A model generated the notes under the pieces. It did no database searches and had not been told where the DNA came from. It saw only the letters and a program-made list of their open reading frames with translations. From a bacterium (GTDB lineage: Bacteria; Zhuqueibacterota; QNDG01; JAFGCO01), in NCBI GenBank assembly GCA_016932575.1, contig JAFGCO010000059.1:2975-66974 (forward strand): DNA of 64,000 nucleotides. Direction: 5' to 3'. How positions within the stretch are numbered: position 1 is the first letter of the stretch; each line of letters opens with the position of its first letter. Both the position numbers and the translations under genes were made by a program. Positions 38,654 through 49,087 of this stretch are shown piece after piece.

Positions 38654-39769
38654 TTAATTGCCTTGAGCCCGAAGTTCATCGGATTTGGCAAACGCTTCTT
38701 CCCCTTTTTTTGTTTCGCCCAGTCTGACGTAAACTGTCCCGAGCTGCTGCCATGCTGAAGAATTGTCAGGTTTCAGTTCAACTGCTTTTTCAAAGTGAGG
38801 GAGCGCTTTTTTAAAGTTCATTTCCATTTCCTCTTTGTGTTCCTTGGCTTCGGATTTGCTCATTTCATCCACTTTTTGGTTGAAGATATCGATCAATTCA
38901 TTATTGATTTGCAAATAGGCAGTACCGATGGCAAAGTTGGCGTCGTAATCATCGGGACTTACAGCCAGAACCTTTTCCAGCACTTCGATTGCCTTTTCAT
39001 ATTTTTCCTGAAGCAGAAGCATTCTTCCCATGTTAAAGAGAATCATGGTATTTTCGGGATCATTTTTCAACGCCTGTTCATAAATTTCCAGCGCTTTGTC
39101 TTCCTGCTTCAACATGGCGTATGCATTGGCCATGTTGAATAATGATTCAAAATAGAGCTTAGAGGATGACTCAGACTTTTCTACTACCTGACTGAACGCT
39201 TTAACGGCCTGTTCATAATCCGCATTATTGTAATGGGTGAGTCCCAGATTGTAAGCAAACCTTAAACTGTCGGGCATTTCATTTAAAGCCCGCAGATAGG
39301 TTTGGATGGCCATGGAATCATTCTCAGCCTGTAGATAGGTGACTGCCAGGTTCAGGTACGCCTCGTGGCGATCGGGCAGGATTTCAGTGGCCAGTTCATA
39401 TTTTTCGGCAGCTTCATCATACTTCTGGTTTTCAGATAGTTGAGAAGCACTGTTAAATAGATCGCGATAGGACTGTGCCCGGAAGTAATCGATTTCATTC
39501 GCATTTTTTGGATCGATTTCAAGGGATTTCTTAAAAGCCTCGTTCATTTGCCGATGATCGCCTTTTTCATAATACGCCTTTCCAAGTACAAAGTATGCAT
39601 CCGGATTGGACGGACTTTGCGAAATGGCTGTTTCACACATTTCGATGGCTTTGTCGTATTGTCTCTGCTGCATATACACTTTGGCTGACGTGATGTATGT
39701 ATTTTCGCATCCTAACATAATCAACACGATAAATGCAACCATAATCATCAGTAGCATCTGTCTTTTCAT
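38654..39769 (-). CDS. TPR-repeat lipoprotein
   Basis: Signal peptide with lipobox (IMLGC) and about 8 TPR-like repeats throughout. Confidence 0.75.
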   Translation of the reverse strand: MKRQMLLMIMVAFIVLIMLGCENTYITSAKVYMQQRQYDKAIEMCETAISQSPSNPDAYFVLGKAYYEKGDHRQMNEAFKKSLEIDPKNANEIDYFRAQSYRDLFNSASQLSENQKYDEAAEKYELATEILPDRHEAYLNLAVTYLQAENDSMAIQTYLRALNEMPDSLRFAYNLGLTHYNNADYEQAVKAFSQVVEKSESSSKLYFESLFNMANAYAMLKQEDKALEIYEQALKNDPENTMILFNMGRMLLLQEKYEKAIEVLEKVLAVSPDDYDANFAIGTAYLQINNELIDIFNQKVDEMSKSEAKEHKEEMEMNFKKALPHFEKAVELKPDNSSAWQQLGTVYVRLGETKKGEEAFAKSDELRAQGN

Positions 39770-39960
39770 TGAAAAAACCCTCCTTAAAATAAAATTTATA
39801 TTATTATATTAAAATCTAATAAATATACTTCAAATCCATCAATAAGTCAAGCATAACCTTGCCCTCATCCATTGGCTGGAAGCCTGTGCCTGTCAAGTAC
39901 AGACCGGATACCTGAATTTATTAGAATATGTCAACAAACTTATTCTGCAATAACGACTGA

Positions 39961-40680
39961 TTATCCCGCCACTGCATGAACGCCCTGCTTTAGAATATTT
40001 AATCCGTCGTCCGTATTATTCCACGGGTAAATTGCCCGTTCGGGATGCGGCATCAATCCCAGAATACGACCGGATGGATCACAGATACCCGCCCGATTGG
40101 CAGGAGAACCGTTTGGATTGCGGGGGTAGGCACTGTGGTCATATCGAAACACAGTCAGCTCGTCAGAAAATTCCGGAGATAATCGCAGACGCCCTTCACC
40201 ATGCGCCACTGGAATGTGCACTGTCTGCCCGGCCAATCCGCGGGTCCAGATACAGGGTGACTTTTCAATGGTCAGTGTTACCCATCGGCTCTCGAAAACG
40301 GCTGAGGCGTTGCGGTCAAGAATAGCCGTGGGCTGACCGATATCTTTGGTTCCGGGCAATAATCCTGTATTGACCAGCACTTGAAATCCGTTACAAATAC
40401 CAATAATCAGTATCTTCTTTTCCCGTACTTCCATAAGCGCTTCTTTAAGCCGGAATACCAGATCCAGGGCAAAAATACGCCCTGCGGCCAGATGATCACC
40501 AAAGGCAAAACCACCCGGAATTGCCAGAATATCACAATCTGACATTGACTTTTTTCGGGCAATGAGGTCGTCTGTTAAATGAACAATTTGAGGCTGAGCC
40601 CCCGCCATTTCAAAAGCCTTGGCGGTTTCATGGTGACAATTGTTCCCGGGAGCGTACAGAATAAACACTTTGGGCTTCAT
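39961..40680 (-). CDS. purQ: phosphoribosylformylglycinamidine synthase, glutaminase subunit
   Basis: GICNGFQ supplies the nucleophile Cys and LMPHPERA the His/Glu pair. The ATG at 40680 overlaps the purL stop (ATGA). Confidence 0.85.
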   Translation of the reverse strand: MKPKVFILYAPGNNCHHETAKAFEMAGAQPQIVHLTDDLIARKKSMSDCDILAIPGGFAFGDHLAAGRIFALDLVFRLKEALMEVREKKILIIGICNGFQVLVNTGLLPGTKDIGQPTAILDRNASAVFESRWVTLTIEKSPCIWTRGLAGQTVHIPVAHGEGRLRLSPEFSDELTVFRYDHSAYPRNPNGSPANRAGICDPSGRILGLMPHPERAIYPWNNTDDGLNILKQGVHAVAG

Positions 40681-43550
40681 CGGATCACCTCCCGGAAAGG
40701 CATTTCCCAAATTTTAATCAGGTCGGACATGTTCAGCATCAATTGCTCTTTTCTCCATTGTAAACTGAGATGATGATCCGTGACCACCGTTCCCAGTGAA
40801 ACGGCTGGCAGCGTTGTCTCGATTTCGTCTTTAAAATTGGGGTCAACTTCAATAATCCACGCACCGATCATTTCGGCGAAAAGCGCTGCATCCAGTCTCT
40901 GGGCTGCAGGTTGGGCGATCAGCGGATTTAAATTGATCCTGCATCCCATTCCGCTTCCCAGTGCCATCTCAAAGAGACGAACCATTAATCCTCCTCCGCC
41001 AACGGGAGCAATGGAGCGGATGATGCGGCGGTTTTGATATTCCGGTATTTTTTGCCATAGAGCAACAAGCCCGTCTGCGGGCGGATCGGGCAAATGCGTG
41101 CCGCGATGTCCCAGTGTGTCCAGATAAACAGAACCGCCAAGACGACCGGTTATCGGTCCAATAACATACAAATGGTTTCCGTTTTTTTTGAATGGTTTGG
41201 TAATCAATCGGCCGACATCGGGCAGGCGACCCATGGCCATGACACAAAGCGTAGGCGGTACATCAATGCGCTGATTTTCACGATTGATAAATGTACCGCT
41301 CGAACTGTCTTTACCACTGATAAAGGGCGTCCCAAATTGAACGGAAAGACCGGCACAGGTTTTCACCATTTGCATCAAACGGCCAGCCACTTCAGGGGTC
41401 ACCTGCGGAGTATAAAAATTGTCACATAACACAATATCCCGGCAGGATACACCGGCGCCCACCAGTTTTGAGATGGCGTCGACCATCATCAGTCCTGCCA
41501 TTCCGGAAGCATCCACATCCCCGTAAAAAGGATGAAAAGCGACTGAAGCAGCTGCTCCGAAAGGTCTGCCTCGAATTGGTGCGGATACCCAGAGATCATT
41601 CGGCATGCGACCGTCTATTCCGCCATAGGGTCCCAGGACCGTATTGCCCTGAACTGTACTGTCAAACTGGGCGCCGGCGGATGATTGATCACAGCAGTTC
41701 AGATGAGTCAGCACATTCCGGATGGCCAAACGAACCTGATCGGCTCTTTCAAGATCTTCCGGCAGAAATTCATCTGTCGTTTTTTCAGGTTCCCGAATGT
41801 CGATTTCAGGAAGCGGGCACCCTTTTCGCAGATCCTGAAAATCCAAATCAACCACATGTTCGCCCGTCATTTCCGGGGAAACCGGTAATTTCAGAATATC
41901 CTTCTTGAAATCGGGATCGAAAACAACCTGACATCGGTATGATTCGGTAAATTTGCCAATGATGGCCGCGGGTACTTCGAACCGGTTCAGGATATTCAGA
42001 CAAACCGGAATTTTTTCGGGGGGTACACAGAGGAGCATCCTCTCCTGGCTTTCGGATATCCAGATTTCCCAGGGATGCATGCCTTCGGTTTTCAGGGGCA
42101 CATTGGCCAAATTAATCCAGATACCGGTTTCAGCACCCATCTCACCGGCAGCCGATGAGAGACCGGCTGCTCCGAGATCCGTGATGGCTCTCAGACAATT
42201 TTGTTCGCGGAGCTTCGGAATGGCTTCCATGAATTTTCTTTCCTGAATGGGATGACCGATTTGCACATGCGCTGCATCGACGGTTGCAGTGTCGCTTGTC
42301 ATGGAAGATGAGCTTACAGTGGCACCATGAAGACCATCCCGGCCGGTATTACCGCCAATTAATATCATCATATCACCCGGCCGGGGCCGGCCTTTGGCCG
42401 CCCGTTTTGAAGGCACCAGGCCGATAGAATGGCCCAAAGCAAAACATTTTCCTGTATATCCCGGGTGAAACCGATAGACCGGAAACATCATGGGAATCCC
42501 CATGGGATTGCAATAATCGGCTGTTCCGCGAATGGCATCCAGCAGGATAGTTTTGGGATGAAGCGCACCTTCAGGAACCTTTTCCCAGGGTATCCGCGGG
42601 TCTCCAAGGCCCATCACTGTGCTTCCTCCAATCGGCCAGGCTCCCTGTCCGCAGCCCAATGTATCCCGAATAACCCCGCCGTGCTTTGTCATAATCCCGC
42701 CGTACGGACTGACCGCACTGGGTGAATTATGGGTCTCTCCTTTGATGGTCAGGGCCCAGCCCTCATAAAAATCCATCACGCCTGCGTTGTCTTCAAACAT
42801 GGATAAAATGAGCGGGTGGTTTATTCTTGTTGTTGCCTGTTGCAGCATCTTCAGTAAATTCAAGCTTTTCCATGTTGTATGAAAGCAGTGATCAGACCAG
42901 GTCTGTGCAAACATTTCGACTTCCGCATCTGTTAAATCCCGGTTTAACTCATCTGCGATTTTCTGAAGGGCTTTCATTTGAGGCAGGTTCAGAAACAGCC
43001 GTCGGTTTTCACTGAGTTGTATCAGCGCTTCATTCTTTAATCCGTGTAAATGAATATGTTCCACAGGTCCGGTTTCACCCCGGGGGCGCAGAGAATCCCA
43101 GGTTTCTTCAGGTTGAATCAGCACTTGTACCTGGGGATTGTACAGGTAATGGATCACGATTTCTCTGGCTTTTTGTTCGGTCAATCCAATGAATTGATAT
43201 CGATGGGAGATTCTCGCCCATGCGAGCGAATCCACATTCAAGGATTCAGCACCCCTGATAATCGACGGGAGCTCGGGATCGGTTACTGCCCGCTGATATC
43301 CCACCTCGAATACGGGTCCGTCTTTCATGTTTAAAAATGAATTTTTTGAAATTTGCTCAGCCACCGGATTGCAGAGCAACGGAAACAAATCTTCAGCCTG
43401 GTCTTCTGATATATTCTCAAGGCGGTAAACACGCTCGATGATAATATTTTGAAGTTGATGATACCCTTCCTCCTGGAGCCGTTGACATAGCATCTGTGCT
43501 TCCGGATCATCGTCTATTCTACGTAAATAACGACGGCAAATCAATGACAT
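40677..43550 (-). CDS. purL: phosphoribosylformylglycinamidine synthase subunit PurL with N-terminal PurS-like extension
   Basis: Contains TWSDHCFHTTW, GETHNSPSAVSPYGG and two AIR-synthase-like repeats. The roughly 160-200 aa N-terminal extension resembles PurS (VTDPELPSI...LYNPQVQ). No separate purS gene is nearby. Confidence 0.85.
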   Translation of the reverse strand: MSLICRRYLRRIDDDPEAQMLCQRLQEEGYHQLQNIIIERVYRLENISEDQAEDLFPLLCNPVAEQISKNSFLNMKDGPVFEVGYQRAVTDPELPSIIRGAESLNVDSLAWARISHRYQFIGLTEQKAREIVIHYLYNPQVQVLIQPEETWDSLRPRGETGPVEHIHLHGLKNEALIQLSENRRLFLNLPQMKALQKIADELNRDLTDAEVEMFAQTWSDHCFHTTWKSLNLLKMLQQATTRINHPLILSMFEDNAGVMDFYEGWALTIKGETHNSPSAVSPYGGIMTKHGGVIRDTLGCGQGAWPIGGSTVMGLGDPRIPWEKVPEGALHPKTILLDAIRGTADYCNPMGIPMMFPVYRFHPGYTGKCFALGHSIGLVPSKRAAKGRPRPGDMMILIGGNTGRDGLHGATVSSSSMTSDTATVDAAHVQIGHPIQERKFMEAIPKLREQNCLRAITDLGAAGLSSAAGEMGAETGIWINLANVPLKTEGMHPWEIWISESQERMLLCVPPEKIPVCLNILNRFEVPAAIIGKFTESYRCQVVFDPDFKKDILKLPVSPEMTGEHVVDLDFQDLRKGCPLPEIDIREPEKTTDEFLPEDLERADQVRLAIRNVLTHLNCCDQSSAGAQFDSTVQGNTVLGPYGGIDGRMPNDLWVSAPIRGRPFGAAASVAFHPFYGDVDASGMAGLMMVDAISKLVGAGVSCRDIVLCDNFYTPQVTPEVAGRLMQMVKTCAGLSVQFGTPFISGKDSSSGTFINRENQRIDVPPTLCVMAMGRLPDVGRLITKPFKKNGNHLYVIGPITGRLGGSVYLDTLGHRGTHLPDPPADGLVALWQKIPEYQNRRIIRSIAPVGGGGLMVRLFEMALGSGMGCRINLNPLIAQPAAQRLDAALFAEMIGAWIIEVDPNFKDEIETTLPAVSLGTVVTDHHLSLQWRKEQLMLNMSDLIKIWEMPFREVIR

Positions 43551-43714
43551 CTCCTTATGAATAATTTTTAAGTTCTTAAAGTCTACATTTCAAAATGTAA
43601 AATGTCAAGCAGAAAATTATCTATTTCAGGCATATATTGACTTATGGCATGATTGTTGTTAAATATATATCAGTTCATGGCTTAAGGTCATTATTTCAAT
43701 TGATGGGAGCTCGT

Positions 43715-45109
43715 ATGGGAGAGAAAAAAAAATTCCCAAAGCCGATTATTCAAAATTGTATTGTCGCGGGTTCCACGGTTGCCCTCTTCGCGATCAGTTT
43801 TCATTACATTCCATTATATGATTTCAGCTGGCGGATTGTGTTTATTTTTATTGGTCTGGGTGTCCTTTTTGGCTTCTTGAGCGGGTTGGAACGTATGCGA
43901 TATTACAGGCTGCAATCGGAAAAAGATGCCATGCAGGCTTCTTTTGGGCAGATGCAATTTTCGCTTAAGCGATCGGCGCATCAATACAGACGCTTAATCG
44001 ATAATTTAAGCGATGCGATTTTTCAGACCAATGAACATGGCCGGTTTGTATATTTTAATCAGGCTTTAATGCTTATGACAGGATACTCGGCGGTTGAACT
44101 GAAACAGATGCGTCTTTCGAATATTCAACTGAGAAATCCGGATCAATCCAATGCGGAAACGTCAATTTTGGATAATAATATTCATCGCCATACAGAATCC
44201 TGGAAAAATAAATCCGGTGTTGTATTTACTGTTGAAATAAATACGCGCACCATTCAATCAGCAAATCGGATTTATGAGCTGCATGTGGCCCGAGATGTCA
44301 GTGAGCGGAGAGAATCCGAGCAAAGCAATGTCTTGTTAAAGGAAATACAACATTGGCATTATGGCAGAATTCGCGAGGAGAGTGAATTCAGGCATCGATT
44401 TTACAGGCAGGTTCAAAACACATTAAATGGTTTTTCCACTCTGTTGTCTCAATATATGAAAGAATACCCAAGAAAAGATGATCAGGCGAACCAGGTGCTT
44501 ACAGACTGGAAAAAAACCCGGAATCTTCTACAATTATTTATCTCGAAAAACAACCGGGACATGGTCGCGCGGATGACCTTTTGGGACGTTAATGAAATAC
44601 TGCTGCAGGAATTAAGTTATTTGAAATCATCGATGGATACTGGGAATGTCTCCATTCAAGTTCAATTCGGGGCGAATTTATTAAAAACGAGAATGTCCGG
44701 TAATGATTTGACACTGGCTTTCGGATTACTTTTACGTTCTGTTTGTTATGCAATTATTGACGCCGGCGGCGGGCAGTTGCGGGTGATTTCAAATATGACA
44801 GCCGATTCATTATATGTGGAGTTTGTCGCTTCCAAGGCGAAAAATTATCATTTGCATTTTGTCAAAACTCTGCAGATGGCTGCTGACGAACCGATTATTC
44901 AGCTTCCCAAACCCGATGAATTGCCCAGGATCCTTTTTTCATACATGAATCTTTATTATGATTCTGCCGTGGATAAGGGTAAGTTGATGATTAAAGTCCG
45001 TCTCCCGTTTGAAAGAAAAATTCTTGAACAACAACCCCCTGTTCAGCCGGAAAAGGAAACAAAGGCAAAACCGCCGCCTAACAAGTCAAATGATTATGTG
45101 GTTCTTTGA
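43715..45109 (+). CDS. membrane PAS-domain sensor with degenerate histidine-kinase-like C-terminus
   Basis: Two TM segments and a PAS block (LIDNLSDAIFQTNEHGRFVYFNQALMLMTGY). The C-terminal region has kinase-like spacing, but I see no N, G1 or G2 box. GGGAG RBS before the ATG at 43715. Confidence 0.6.
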   Translation: MGEKKKFPKPIIQNCIVAGSTVALFAISFHYIPLYDFSWRIVFIFIGLGVLFGFLSGLERMRYYRLQSEKDAMQASFGQMQFSLKRSAHQYRRLIDNLSDAIFQTNEHGRFVYFNQALMLMTGYSAVELKQMRLSNIQLRNPDQSNAETSILDNNIHRHTESWKNKSGVVFTVEINTRTIQSANRIYELHVARDVSERRESEQSNVLLKEIQHWHYGRIREESEFRHRFYRQVQNTLNGFSTLLSQYMKEYPRKDDQANQVLTDWKKTRNLLQLFISKNNRDMVARMTFWDVNEILLQELSYLKSSMDTGNVSIQVQFGANLLKTRMSGNDLTLAFGLLLRSVCYAIIDAGGGQLRVISNMTADSLYVEFVASKAKNYHLHFVKTLQMAADEPIIQLPKPDELPRILFSYMNLYYDSAVDKGKLMIKVRLPFERKILEQQPPVQPEKETKAKPPPNKSNDYVVL

Positions 45110-45156
45110 TTGGGCAGATAAAGTTTTTGTGTGGCAGCCCGAACAGGCTGCACGTG

Positions 45157-46404
45157 TTATTCATAGCGCAGTGCATCAATAGGATTCACATTGGCTGCCT
45201 TTCGGGCAGGGAAGAAACCGGCGAGTAATCCGATCAGGGTGAGTATAAGAACGGATGTAACCATCACACTGTGAGAGATCAGGGGACGGCCCAGAAACTG
45301 CATGGCCCCATCTCCAGAAACAGGCATCATCCACATCATTTTTACAATACCCAGCGATATCATGATTCCAAAGAATCCCCCGATGGCTGCGATGAGCAGA
45401 GATTCGAAAATAAATTGAAATAATATATGATTCCGTTTGGCACCGACTGCCCGTTTGATACCGATTTCGCGGGTGCGTTCTTTGGCGACAACATACATAA
45501 TATTGGCCACGCCAACGCCCGCGATTAACAGGCTCATTGCTCCGATCGTCCCCAGAAAAATATTGATCCCGATAAATACTTTTTCACCCTGTTTTTGATT
45601 TTCAATAAAATTCCACATAGGTACAGCCCGGTCATCTTCGGGATCGAACTGATATTTTCTCGAAAGCACACGACGGATTTCTTTTTCCACCAGCATGCCA
45701 TCGGTAACACGGGCGGGTTTTACAATCAGCTCATTTAGGTATTTATGTCCGTAAATGCTTTGAAATGTTGTGAAAGGAATGATGGCCCGTCTGTCATCCG
45801 GTCCGTTATTCATGGATGTCTGCAGTTTTTTCGGCATGGTTCCCACGATGGTAAAGGGCAGTGCATCAATATAGACAGTTTGACCGATGACTTCTGTGGA
45901 TCCAAATAATTCTTTTGCGATCTCACCCCCCAAAAACACAACCCGGCGCCGTTCTTTCAGATCCTGACCGTTCAGGAACCGTCCTCCGTCAGCGGGATAC
46001 ATACGGCGCAGGAATTCAAATTCAGGATACACGCCTTCCATATGGGTGCCGGCGATCGTATCTCCGTTTCTCATTCGTACCCACCGCCCGAATCCCGGGG
46101 CTACTGCAGATACCTGCGGGATGGCTTTTTTCAATAAATCTGCGTCGTCTTCGATCAGCCGGATGTTCCGGCCGACAGGAAGCCCCTGGTATTTGATGGT
46201 CGTTTGTCCGCCATATACCCGAATGATCATATCTCCGGCATTGAGCAAGCCTTCCTGCATGCGAAACGAGAGCCCTTCGCCAAAGGCCATCAATAAGATA
46301 ACCGCCAGTGTTCCCCATGTAATCGCAACAATCGTGAGAAACGCCCGCAATTTTTGGGTTCGAATATCCTGAATAAAGTCTTTAAGAAGAATCCAAAGCT
46401 GCAT
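45157..46404 (-). CDS. ABC transporter permease, MacB/FtsX-like
   Basis: One N-terminal TM segment, a large periplasmic domain, and a C-terminal FtsX-type 3-TM block (REIGIKRAVGAKRNHIL). Confidence 0.8.
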   Translation of the reverse strand: MQLWILLKDFIQDIRTQKLRAFLTIVAITWGTLAVILLMAFGEGLSFRMQEGLLNAGDMIIRVYGGQTTIKYQGLPVGRNIRLIEDDADLLKKAIPQVSAVAPGFGRWVRMRNGDTIAGTHMEGVYPEFEFLRRMYPADGGRFLNGQDLKERRRVVFLGGEIAKELFGSTEVIGQTVYIDALPFTIVGTMPKKLQTSMNNGPDDRRAIIPFTTFQSIYGHKYLNELIVKPARVTDGMLVEKEIRRVLSRKYQFDPEDDRAVPMWNFIENQKQGEKVFIGINIFLGTIGAMSLLIAGVGVANIMYVVAKERTREIGIKRAVGAKRNHILFQFIFESLLIAAIGGFFGIMISLGIVKMMWMMPVSGDGAMQFLGRPLISHSVMVTSVLILTLIGLLAGFFPARKAANVNPIDALRYE

Positions 46405-46418
46405 ATATTACCATCCTT

Positions 46419-47657
46419 CTATTGACGTAAACAATCCACCACGTTAAGGCGAGAGGCTTTTCGTGCCGGAAAGAAGCCGGATAAAAATCCGATGGATCCG
46501 AGAATGAGAATCGTAAAAAAGGCCACATTCAAATTCAGCTCGGGATGGCCTACATAGTCTTCTATAGGCATAAGTGATATTATTTTAATGAGTATGAGTG
46601 CCTGAATGAGACCGATAAACGCGCCGATTCCAATAATGATAAAAGCTTCAAGTATGAATTCACCCAGAATGCTTCTCCTTCTGGCACCTACCGATCGTTT
46701 GATTCCAATTTCCCGTGTTCGTTCCTGAACCACCACGTACATAATATTGGCCAGGCCGATGCCGCCCACAATGAGTGTGATGGTTCCGATTGCCCCGAGA
46801 AAGATATTGAATCCTGTTGTAAAATCTGCAATAAATTTATCCGAATAGGTGGTATCCCAGATTCCCAGGGTTTCCGTGTCTTTGGGATCAAATTTAAATT
46901 TCTTTGCCATCACACGATAAAGCTTGTCCCTGACGGGCTCTCCCATTTGCGGATTGGCAACCTGATACACAAATGTACTCACGTACCGGTATCCAAAAAT
47001 CGATCGGAATGTGGATGCGGGAATAAAAACGCGATCCTTGTCCCGTGCAGCATAGGAAGAAGGCTGTGTTTTTTCTTTGAGAACACCGATCACCTGGAAC
47101 GGGATTTCACCGATATAAATATATTTTCCAATAGCTTCTTTGCCTTCACCAAACAGAAAGTTTTTTAAATCATAACCCAGAAATGCCACGCGGCGCTGAT
47201 CGGCTTCATCCTTTTCATTCAGCCAGCGGCCTCCGGCTTCAGGCCAGTTGTTCCTCATTGGACCATATTCCGGAAGGCATCCGGTAATATTCGGACGCTG
47301 GATTTTATCTTTTAACCGGACAGTCAGGTCCCATTTATGATATTCCGGACTGATACGGAGAATCTCGGGCACTTCCCTGCGCGCATACTCACAATCCTCA
47401 TGGGTGATCCGGATCGGTCGGCCCCGTCCGTATCCTTCAAAGGGAATACTTGTCGCGCCCGGCCATACAATGGCTATGCCTTCGCCCATACCATGCATAT
47501 TTTTACTCATGGATTTACGCACACCGACACCAAAAGCAAGCAGGAGGATGACGGTTTGAGTACCCCAGATGATTCCGAACAGGGTCATAGCCGTACGGGA
47601 TTTGTACTTGCGCAGGTATTTCAGAATTTCCAGGATTCTATCAAAAAATAATCTCAT
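46419..47657 (-). CDS. ABC transporter permease, MacB/FtsX-like (paralogue)
   Basis: Same architecture as the neighbouring permease (REIGIKRSVGARRRSIL). Confidence 0.8.
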   Translation of the reverse strand: MRLFFDRILEILKYLRKYKSRTAMTLFGIIWGTQTVILLLAFGVGVRKSMSKNMHGMGEGIAIVWPGATSIPFEGYGRGRPIRITHEDCEYARREVPEILRISPEYHKWDLTVRLKDKIQRPNITGCLPEYGPMRNNWPEAGGRWLNEKDEADQRRVAFLGYDLKNFLFGEGKEAIGKYIYIGEIPFQVIGVLKEKTQPSSYAARDKDRVFIPASTFRSIFGYRYVSTFVYQVANPQMGEPVRDKLYRVMAKKFKFDPKDTETLGIWDTTYSDKFIADFTTGFNIFLGAIGTITLIVGGIGLANIMYVVVQERTREIGIKRSVGARRRSILGEFILEAFIIIGIGAFIGLIQALILIKIISLMPIEDYVGHPELNLNVAFFTILILGSIGFLSGFFPARKASRLNVVDCLRQ

Positions 47658-47862
47658 TGCAGAATTCTCATTTTTAAATCGTTCCGGATTTTACAAAGGT
47701 CATTCATGAATCGATTAAGCACCATAACAAAAACAGACTTCGAAGGCGGATTTACCTTGCTGCAGAAATCATGTTCGATAATCATATTCGTTATTACAGC
47801 ACTTACATACGGAAGAGCGGGTTATTGAGGCATGATTTCTTCTGCATTAAACATCAGTTATT

Positions 47863-48960
47863 TTAGGTGATTTCATGCAGTTCTTTTTCAAGCACTTTCT
47901 GACCTTCTTCCAGGCCTTCGATGACTTCAATCGTGATTGCATCGCTGAGACCGGTTTTGATATAGCGTTCTTCTGAATTCTGTTCATCTACAGGAATTCG
48001 CACAAATGCGGAATCGTTCCGGAAAGTCACCACCCGTTCGGGAATGGATAAGACACTGTCTTCCCTTGCGATAATGATATTCGCATTTGCTGAGAAGCCT
48101 GCACGCAGCACAGCGCCTCCGGTTTCATCAATGGTGATTTCCACCGGAAAGACCGTGGTATTATCTTCTTTCTGCGCTTTCAGAGATATCAGGCTGACGT
48201 GACCTTTGACCTCTTTCCCTGGAAGGGCTCCTATCTGCAGTTCGGCAGTCATGCTTTCTTTAATTTTTCCGACGTCAATCTCATCCACTGTGCCCTTAAA
48301 AATCAAATCGGTCATGTCCGCCATTTTCATGAGTTCTGTTCCGGCCTGATATGATGTCAGCGGTACTACAGGATCGCCCACATTGACAGATTTTTCGAGA
48401 ATAAAGCCAGTGATTGGCGCCTTGATGACGGTTTCGATATTGGCATCGGCAATTCTCACTTTCCCTTTTTCCAAAAGATCCAGACGTTCCTTGGCAATCT
48501 GATGATTTAAAACGGCCTGATCGTATTCTCTCCTTTTCTCTTCAAAATCCTGATCAGCGATCAGGCCCTTATTTTTGAGACCTTCATTTCGGTTCAATTC
48601 ACGCCGGATATTGTCCAGTTCTATTTGTGCCCGTTCCAGATTTCTTTTGGTTTCCACAATTTCCAGAGGCGTCGGATCCGGGCGCACCTCAAGTAAAGGA
48701 TCACCGGCACGGACAAAATCTCCCACGTTGATATACAATTGTCCGACGACGCCCGAAATTTTTGATTTTACGGCGATTTCATTTAGCGGCTCAATGTTCC
48801 CGACAGCGAGTGCCTTATCGACGATAGTGGCTTTTTCTACGGTCACTGTTCGCTGTTCCGTCTTTTTATTCTTATTCTTTAAGGATGCCACAATGATAAC
48901 ACAGACAACAATAAATAAAATAACTGAAATGACAATCCATTTTTTCGGTCGTTTTGCCAT
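47863..48960 (-). CDS. efflux periplasmic adaptor subunit (MacA/HlyD family)
   Basis: N-terminal TM anchor, a lipoyl-like block (GDFVRAGDPLLEV), a coiled-coil hairpin and a beta-barrel domain. Confidence 0.8.
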   Translation of the reverse strand: MAKRPKKWIVISVILFIVVCVIIVASLKNKNKKTEQRTVTVEKATIVDKALAVGNIEPLNEIAVKSKISGVVGQLYINVGDFVRAGDPLLEVRPDPTPLEIVETKRNLERAQIELDNIRRELNRNEGLKNKGLIADQDFEEKRREYDQAVLNHQIAKERLDLLEKGKVRIADANIETVIKAPITGFILEKSVNVGDPVVPLTSYQAGTELMKMADMTDLIFKGTVDEIDVGKIKESMTAELQIGALPGKEVKGHVSLISLKAQKEDNTTVFPVEITIDETGGAVLRAGFSANANIIIAREDSVLSIPERVVTFRNDSAFVRIPVDEQNSEERYIKTGLSDAITIEVIEGLEEGQKVLEKELHEIT

Positions 48961-49087
48961 AAATACACTCCTCCACTTTAAATCAGCCTTGAATGGTCCA
49001 TGAATCTACAACATATACGAACAGTGTCGGGTAAATGTTACAACATTTTATTTGGATATTTCTATTTTTCATTTTACTTTATATAAA

